A stretch of DNA of 64,000 nucleotides from assembly GCF_009914755.1 (NCBI RefSeq), contig NC_060930.1; one strand, given 5' to 3'. The DNA comes from the human T2T-CHM13v2.0 reference genome, Homo sapiens. Shown here one piece after another: positions 55,170 to 64,000 of this stretch. The position numbers and the translations under genes are program-made. Numbering within the stretch: the stretch's first letter is position 1; each line of letters opens with the position of its first letter. The notes below the pieces were generated by a model. That model was given only the letters and a program-made list of their open reading frames with translations, did not search any database and had not been told where the DNA came from.

Positions 55170-56590
55170 TGGTTAAAAGAGACTGTTAAAGAAGACAGCT
55201 TGAGGGGTTCACATTGGACAAATCTGGGACAATTTGCCATCAAAATGAGTAAGGATAGTAATGGGTTATAACCCATGGAAAATACAAAAATTGATAATTC
55301 CATACTAACAATCAATTAATTGATAATTAAGCAGAAGGAAAAGAGAAGAAAGCTCTTCCTGGTTGTAGGGTGCCAAGTAATAAATGTAGAGGGAATGATA
55401 AGAATTTTTAAAAATCATCATTTTGCAATCATCATTGTAAAAATTGATTTGGACAAGAGTCATCAATAGATCCTAAAACTAATAAGTACAATTTGATGGA
55501 TGTCAAGTTATTTATATAATTTCAAGGCATGTCCCCAACTGATTACTTATTGATTGTAAGAGAAAAAATCTTATCAGTAGAAAACATTGGCTACCACTGT
55601 TTCAACAAGTACCATGTGCCTCCTCATGTGATACCCGGAGAAGAAGCCACATACTTTGACACTCTGCTGTTTGAAACTTGGAAAAAAATGCGTAACTTGA
55701 ATTTTATCACAAAGAAACATCAGGTAAACCTAAATTAAGGGACAGTGTAAAAAACAAGTGGCTTTCACTCTTCAAAAATATCAATGCCGTGATAGAGACT
55801 GGCCAAGGAACTCTTTCTTTCAGATTTTAAAAGACTTGAAACTAAATGCAATTTATAATCCCAGAATAGAAGCTGGATCCAAGAAAAAATTGCTGTAAGG
55901 ATTTATTGGAGAAATTGATGAAATTTAAATATAATCAGTATATTAGAAAATAATGTTGCACAAGTGTTTTCTAGTTTTGATAATTGTACCTTGATAAAGT
56001 GACATGATATGTGCAACTTAATCTTTTTTAAAATTATTATTATTTTTGAGACTGGATCTCATTCTGTTGCCCAGGCTGGAGTACAGTGGTATGATCATAG
56101 CTCACTGCAGTCTCGATCTACAAGGCTCAACCATCCTCCCACCTTAGCCTGCCAAGTGGCTGGGACTACAGACCTGCACTACCACGCCTGGCTAATTTTT
56201 CAAATTTTTAGTAGAGATGACGTCTCGCTATGTTGCCCAGATTGGTCTTGAACTCCTGAGCTCAAGCAATTATCCTGCCTTGGCTTTTCAAATTGTTGGG
56301 GTTACAGGTGTGAGCCACTGCACCTGGCAAAATTAATATTACTTTTGATTGACAAATCATAATCGTATGTATTTATAGGGTAAAATGTAATGCATATATA
56401 TGTATATATATACACACACACACAGGGTAGAGCTTATTTTTAAATATTTTAGGAGAACATGAGAGAAGGAGAAAGAAAGGAAGGAAGGTAACAAAATGAG
56501 GTAAAATGGTGAATCTGTGTGAATATGGGAATGATTTCTTCCGAAACCACTTGTGTAAGTTTGATAATGTTTCTACATTAAAATGTTGTA
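55170..56590 (+). mobile_element. Ancient L1M (L1MC/ME-like) 3' region, interrupted by an Alu
   Basis: ggacaaatctgggacaatttg..., aaacatcaggtaaacctaaattaagggaca..., ttttgataattgtac; boundaries approximate. Confidence 0.6.
56033..56328 (-). mobile_element. Alu (AluJ-like)
   Basis: gatcatagctcactgcagtctcg...ctcctgagctcaagcaat...gagccactgcacctggc. Confidence 0.93.
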
Positions 56591-59500
56591 AAAAGTGGAA
56601 AAAGCATTGTTTTTTTCGGAGAGAATTTCCTGCTGCTAAAGAGAGGAAAATTGAATCGTGCATTTGGACTGTGTTTCTACAACTAATAACTTTTCATCCT
56701 CACTAGTGAATAAGAGTAACAGGCTTAGATGCTGTCATATTTATTTATATTAAATACAAAAAACTAGCAGTGTTGAAGGTTCAGATTGGTCAAACAACAT
56801 AGCTCACACATTTGTAATATGTAATATCGTGTTCTCAGCATAAACATATAATGCAAGATACTCTGCAATGGGCTAGGCCTAGGTCACATATCGTTTTGTT
56901 TAACATGCAAACAAATACAAAAATCTTGATTGAAAACCTAATTTGTGACCTTTTGGTAGAATTTTCTCTCTTTAAGAATGATCAAATGGAATTATTTGAA
57001 ATATATATAAAGACACTTTATAAAGATACCAAAAATATTAAGAACAATTAAATGCTCATAATAGAATGAAATAGATGTACTTACTAAATCATGAAATTAC
57101 ACACAGCTGTAGACAAAATGAACTTTAAGTAATATTTGGGAACAGTGATATTATAGTTCTGTGTTATTTCTTAATTTCTTCCCACCAAAGCCAGCAGCAG
57201 ATGTGCCTAGAAAAACATCTCTGCTGTGGTTCAGGTCCAGACACTCAAGCTTTCTATTACCGCTGGAGTCCACATCAGTCCATACCCATGTGCCCATGTT
57301 GATGTGTTGCATCTTACAGTGGTCCATAGAGGCCTTGTCACACTTCTGTCATACTTATGTATGAATTACATAGAATTCTTTGTCTCTCTGCCTGTGACAA
57401 CAGAGTTTAGCATTTGCAGTGCAAAATCCTTATCTAGTGGTATCTGTTTACTGGTAAATAAAGCCTTATCTGCTGGCTTTAGCTATTTGCTTCCTATCTC
57501 CTACTACATGGATTCATGTTAATACTGGAAATGTGATTAGCCTCCCATTTGGTACTTGTTTGGTTATTCTATAGCTGCTTAGAAACACTTTCTTTTTCTT
57601 TCTCTCTTTTTTTTTTTTTTTTTTTTTTTGCTGTAGCTATGGAGAGACTTTGAAGATATTCCTGGATTTCGGGGGTGGGAAACAAAACAAATTTCAGGCT
57701 GAGCACTATTTAAAAAAGTGTCCCCCCCTACTACTCAGAAGTAATTTACTTTATTGTTACTTCCTGTGTTTTGCTATCAACAACCCCCCATGACATCAGC
57801 GGCTCTTGGTTAAAAGCTGCTCACAGATTCCTTGACAGGCTTTTGCTGTTTAATTGTTTCAGGCTCACTTAAATACGTCATATGCACATGCCTCCCAGTG
57901 ATTTCATTGGGTTTTCCCATGAAAAAGGTCCTAGATCTAAACTAAAATCTTCAAAAACACACCTGTTTTAAAAAGTAGCAGGTTTAGAATTTAGCTAGAG
58001 GAAAAAATGTGAAAATGCACAGAACCCATGGGGCTCTCTTGAATTCTTTACTGTCAAGATTTCATCATAACATAGGACGCAGCTGGGTAGTACAGTGGGA
58101 CTAAGAAATTTAGGATTGAGAAGGGAGAACATGGGGTTTTTTCTGCCTCTATATAAACGTTCTGATCCCTGTCTTATTCTCTGACAACTAAGGATTGTCC
58201 AATTGTCCAAGCCTCCACCAAAGAGTGATTTCTGCCATATTTGAGTCAGTGCTGTAGCAGCATCGGTGAGAACATAGCCATTAGCAGGAACTGTCACAAA
58301 TGTGGGGGCAGCAACATGGTAAGAGAGAGTCTCCCTTCAGCAGCAGTAGTTCCTTGGGGTCTCCATAAACATAGCCTCCTATCAGGTTGGCTTACAGATT
58401 GCCATAGTGTTTACAGATTGTCCTGAAAGTGAAATGTCATGTGAGTGGGATCCTGGGGTGCAGCTCTTGAAATGAATTCAATATAAAAAATTAAAGTGAT
58501 GTAAGATCTTAGTACAAGTCAAAAGCTATGCAGAATTGTAGATGAAAGGATGTTAGTACTGTAAATTATGTTATCACAGATGGGGAACATTTATATCAAT
58601 CATTAGGGCTAGAGGATGAATTTATATAGGGTTAATTGATGAGCCACATTAAAAAAAAACTAATGTAGATAATAGATGAGTAGAGAATAGTACCCCTGAT
58701 GTTTGGGCGTGCAACTGTCCTCTGGGTCATAGTAGGTAACAGTGAGGAAATTATTTTTAACTGTCTGTGTAAGAAAATGCTGAGTACCTTTTCCTCTAGA
58801 CATCACTGAACATCCTAAGTCATTACAGGTGCCAAAGCCGTGTACAGATTTTAAAGCAATGCTTACAGATTCCAGAGGAGAAGGCCTGTGTGGTCTGTTT
58901 TACTGCAAGCACAGTAAAAATTAGTGGGCCCTATTTATTCATTATTAATCTGGTGGCAGAGATGTATCTTAATTCCTGATGGGTTTTACATGCTGCTGCT
59001 ATTATTTGTTGGGAAATTTTCCTTTTTCTTTCCTATTAAATCTTCATTCCAGGAGTTGTGTTTATTTGGCACTAAGTTAAAAGGAGAGGATGTTGTTAAA
59101 AGAAGGGACCACTTTACTCTTCCTTTTAACACAGCATCTCAGTACCTACTGCTACTAAAATGCAATTGATTCAGTCTCTGAAGTCTGTCATCAAAGGTTA
59201 ATTCAGAAACTATTAGAATTTGCAGATGTAATTTTTTAATCTAAAAATATATATCAGGGTCAAATCATTGGAGTTTTGTACAACAAATTTCCGTTCTGTA
59301 GATTTTGGTAATAGGGTATTTGCCATATTGTATTTTGATTTCATTATTTTTCAATGGTATTCATAGAGTACTTTAGACTTCCCATCCTAGAGGTATAAGG
59401 AATTTAGAAAAGAGACAAAACTTCTTCCAATAAAGAGTTCTGTCTACACTAATATGTACAAATAAGAGCATTTCAAATTGGTGCAGCTGATGAGCAATGT

Positions 59501-60765
59501 CTGAAGTATTAGAAGATTGAAGTGTCCAGACATTGGCCAGAGTGTATCTGTCTGCTCTAAATTGAAGTATGGTACACAAACAGAAATTTAATAAAATCCA
59601 AAGAGATAATAAATAGTACATTCTCTTCCAGAAGAGTAATAATTTAATTCCTAAGATTTTCCCTTTTCCCTAAAGAATTCAAGGAACTAGTAATGTTAAG
59701 TTCATTTGAAGCATTTGTACACTTCATATTATATAGGCATCATTGAGTGAAAACTCCCTAAGATAACCCCGTTTCCTTTTAAACCCAGAACCCAAATAGA
59801 CGTTTCTTTCTCATATGTACAAATATGTATTAGGACATGGTATCCTATGTGCCTTGTACCTAACTCCCTGTTCCTTTAAGGGACTCAAAAAGACCATCTG
59901 TGCTATTGACATATTTTGATTTCAGTTGAAGATTCAGATGTCCTAAGAATACTGGAGTTTAGACCTGGAACTATATTGAGGTTACCTGGAGAGTCAGGTC
60001 GATACTATAGTGAGCTGGCTTTCCCCTCTTGTTACAAGTATTCTGGAGGTGGGGTGCAATGGCTGCTCAGTGTGCCCAGGACAACTCTGGATAGAGAACC
60101 ATTTTATGACTCTCTAGAGTAAAAAGCTAATTTTTACTTAAGTTTGGGTACATCCAACATTGATTTGACTTTCAGCTCTTTTACTATTATTATTATTATT
60201 GTTTTCCAAAGAATTTCAATGGTAGTGCAAAGCAGTATAGATTGTGTTAACTCATAGTTTTTCTTTCATTCAACCATCTTCATTTTGGTTTTGCTTCTGG
60301 TTTGCCTGAAATAGACCCCCCAAATTGGGCTGCTCTGAAACTTGATGTAGGGGCTGCTGAACTCATGGGTACTCCAAAGACTTTTATGGCTCTGTTGTTT
60401 GCCCCTTCCTGTCTATCCTGATATTTAAACACTCAAGAATACTCAAATGTTCTTGAATATAAGGCTTTGTTTTTGTTGCCATCTAGGTAAGTCTTGTATA
60501 AGAATTCAATTTATTCCAACAGAAAAAGAATGCCTGTTACAGGTCAAGGGCTATGCATGAAAGTGAGGATCTGATAAAAGCAAGAGGGGCATGCTGTAAC
60601 TGATGAGAAAATCAGAGAAAAATAGAAAACAATGAAAACTAGATACCGTTATGGTCTGATAAGTAGTTCCATTTCCTTATTGTGAGAATTTTTGAGAGAG
60701 TATACACTAAGCCTTATGATTATCATATCAACTTTTCCTCCTCAGGAAAATGGGATCACAACATG

Positions 60766-60888
60766 TTATTTTATATTTATTTATTTTGTAGAGAAAGGGT
60801 CTTGTTATGTTGCCTAGGCTCATCTCATACTCCTGGCCTCAAGCAATCCTCCAGCCCTGGCCTCCTGAAGTGCTGGGATTACAGGCCA
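60766..60888 (-). mobile_element. Alu monomer (FLAM-like)
   Basis: tttgtagagaaagggtcttgttatgttgcctaggct...gtgctgggattacagg. Confidence 0.85.
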
Positions 60889-61059
60889 CAACACATATAT
60901 TTTGATGACATTACAGTTGTTTCAGTAGATATCTGAAAGAATAATGATATGTGATTAGTAGGTATAATTAAACTCTTGAGAAAAATAAAGCACTATATTA
61001 AATTTCTAAGCTATGAAAACAATGGAATAGCATATTATAGATTATTTTTATCAATGTGA

Positions 61060-61200
61060 GAAGGACTCCAGATCTGTGTTCATGATACTTGGGTTCCAGT
61101 GCTGGCTCTACCACTAAGTAGCCACATGACCTTGAAATTAGTTAATTCTCTTAACCTCCTTGGGACTTGGTTTCTTTGCCTATAAAATGAGGGGGCTTTT
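61060..61200 (+). mobile_element. MIR fragment
   Basis: cttgggttccagtgctggctctaccactaa...tgaccttg...ttaacctc...tataaaatgaggg. Confidence 0.65.
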
Positions 61201-63014
61201 GTAGACAGTTGAAGTTTATAGAGTCTGTCAGCTCTTTAACTCTATGCCTTTTGAAGGCATTTTGAGAAATAATAATCAATTAGTCTTCTATATTTTTTAC
61301 AAAAATCTCCTCTTGGGGTATGTACCCAGGTGATAGCTGGGGGCTCTATTTAGTCAACTTATTAGTGAAAATATTCCTGAGTTTGTTCAGAAGATCTACA
61401 GATATGCTAATTGGCAGCTGCTCCATTCTTCTCAGGGAGCAATTCCAAGTGAAATATTTGGAATTGGATTTGAAATACTTTTTCCTTATTTCTGCCTGGG
61501 GGATTTATGTAAAAGAATAAAAAATTTACCCTAAGTCAGAAAATTCTCTGGTCTGATCCACCTCTTCTAGGACTTTATGAGCAGGAGGGAAGGTTATGGC
61601 AGTTTTTCATTTTCTATGAGAATGTCAGAGCTTGGAACAGTAATGGAGTCTGGAATTGCTCTTCATAAAAGTGTATGAAATTATTAGCAGAATGGGAGGG
61701 AAATGCAACAGGTGAGATCAGAGATATAAAAATAATTTTCCTATTACAAAGTACTTTTCTTTCTCCAAATGGCATTCAGGGATAATCCTCCCTGATATCC
61801 ATGATGGGTATTTATCTGGGTATTAATATATTTTATTGCAAATAACTTCATACTATATTATTATTGTAATAAACTCTCCTCTATCTGGAACTTTCCCAAG
61901 TGGTGTAACACCCTAAGCAAAGCTGCTTCTGTCAACAATGCAGGTGGCTGTGGAGTTCTTTAGAACTCCAGACCATGGATGAGGCATTCCATGAAACACG
62001 ACATCCAAAGGCTAATAAAAATCATGAATTTTAAGTCTTGACTAAGTTTGCAAAGAAATGGGGATGAGGCAACTCAAGTATCCCAAGACAAGCCAACCAC
62101 AGTGCCTCTAAGGAACTGGCATTCATATAACCCTAAGAATGTAAATTGAATAATAATTTTGTAGACTTTAAAGCCACAGCAGATGCCTGAGGTCAATATT
62201 AAATGCAGAAAAGAAGATACTGTGCTTAAAATTCAGCTATAGAAACTTGAACACTTTGTCAGATGTCCAAGGCTTTCTCTAAGTAGAAAAAAAACATATT
62301 CTGTTGAGCACATGCATGATATATTATACATTCAGACATTCTAAGGGTTTATGAGTGGTGGTAGAGAGAGTAATTATGGACTACTGTTCACAGAAAAGGC
62401 AAGAGAAAGACAGAATTGCATTTTAATGTCACAAATAGTTCAAAGACAAGCCTGAGACATTTTTAGAAAGGGAAGAATTTGAGCAGGAAGGAAGATACAG
62501 AGCCGTCCCCAAAGAGACTTGCTCAGAGTAGAGAGCCCTCCAGATCATACTCTGGAGAATGGTCTTAGAGTTAGAAGGAGTCATTGAAGACCTGGAGCTT
62601 AAATTTCCTTTCTGCTGAATGTCTTTGTGGAAATACTGCTTCTTTTTTTCTGTGTTTGCTTTTTCTCTTTTAAAAGAAAAATATCAGTCCTGGCTATTCA
62701 TTCCTTGTCAGAGTTTTTTTAATATATAATGCCCAACAAATTATTGGTATTCCACGTTTCTTAAGTCAAACCTATTTCAGTCAATTTCTATGTAATCAAT
62801 TCCATTCCAAAACAAGGTCTACATTTCTAAATGCAAGCATCAATATTGGAACAAAAAAAAAATTGCTCTTCTTGTTATTAAGCTAGTGAGATGCTTCCGT
62901 CAATTCTGGCATCCTTGTAGGGAAAACACATTACTTTTCCATGAATGAAAGCTGTGATGTAAATTAATAGCTTGGTAATTAGTTGTCTTGACTCATACAA
63001 AAAGGATGATGAGC

Positions 63015-63235
63015 AGCCTAGTGTTGTAAAAAGAACAGCAGCTTTGGAGTCAGGAAGGTCTGTCTATCTCTGCCACTTACTAGTTTGTTTGGTCTTGGGA
63101 AAGTTGCTTAAAATCTAAGCTTCAGTTTTCTCATCTAAAAAGTGCAGTTATAATATTTGCTTTATAGAAATGTTCCAAATGTTAAAGTGAGTAGGGAGTG
63201 TAAATCACTTAGCATAAAGCCTGGCAAATTACATA
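63015..63235 (+). mobile_element. MIR SINE
   Basis: gctttggagtcag...ctctgccacttactag...cttgggaaagttgctta...tcagttttctcatctaaaaa...cacttagcataaagcctggca. Confidence 0.75.
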
Positions 63236-64000
63236 ATTCAAATCAATATTAGTTTAGCAAATCCCACCTGCTCCAATTCTGGGAGTTATTTTCCTCAGCT
63301 ATCCTTGACTTAGACAGTGTATTGGCAATGCAGCTGTATTGTGCACTGAACTGTTGTGCTCCCATCTTGATGGGCAGGGCTCCTAACATCTCCAGTCTTT
63401 TTTTTTTTTTTTCACCACCTGCTTCTTCCATTTCTCTTTCCTCAAGACAATGGATCTCTATCCCGAGAAGTTGTAAACTACTTCCACTCCATTTGTTGTG
63501 GAATGAAGAACCATGAACCATTCTTTCCAGATGGCCTTCAATTAGAGCTTCAGAAGGGTAACTTAGAACCCTTAGACTATACCCTTTCTCTATCTCTTTT
63601 TCTACTTTTTTTGCCCTTAAACTTTAATTTTACTGTCATATTCTCTATTGTCTAGATCACTTACTTAAATATTTTATTAGGTTTTTATATACTTTTGATA
63701 TTAATAATTATAAAATATGAGACTATATATAAACTTTAATTTCTATGGAATTACATTAATACCAATGTTTTTCATAGTTATGCATCCTGTTTCCTCCATT
63801 TAAACATGGCTCCTGGGTAGGGATTTGATTTAGTAATAGGTAGGAGATATACTATGTCACTGAGATTAGGGGTCTTCCAAACTAATGTCACTCATGATGA
63901 AACTTTTTTTTTAAAAAAACTTTGGTCAACAACCTAAAATAGCTGAAGACTGGAGGCCTTTGATGTAAATTTGACTGATGTAACTGTATTATAATATGAT

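Overview
Primate (almost certainly human) genomic DNA containing the complete TFAP2B gene (transcription factor AP-2 beta) on the + strand. Seven coding exons (7643-7723, 12158-12616, 17370-17430, 24813-25032, 26727-26845, 28908-29049, 31844-32144) all have GT-AG boundaries and join into 1383 nt, i.e. 460 aa plus stop. A long 3' UTR runs to about 36365. The gene sits in a ~40 kb block with no visible Alu/L1/LTR, many CpG islands and several homeodomain-motif clusters that look like enhancers. The flanks hold nested Alu, L1, MaLR-LTR, MIR and MER5 repeats and an RPS17 retrocopy with an intact ORF. I found no new multi-gene system, and nearly all other entries in the ORF track are noise. The most notable details are: (i) a 27-nt intron-1 exon (MLVHTYSSM) built to work as either an alternative first exon or an in-frame microexon with a downstream RBFOX motif; (ii) a uORF overlapping Met1 that would favour the conserved Met12 start; (iii) a 33-bp locally templated insertion inside an Alu; (iv) a short orphan retroposed mRNA 3' end inside an LTR; (v) a shared donor-plus-A/C-tract architecture in introns 2 and 4. 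Repeat subfamily names and motif calls were made by eye and are approximate.
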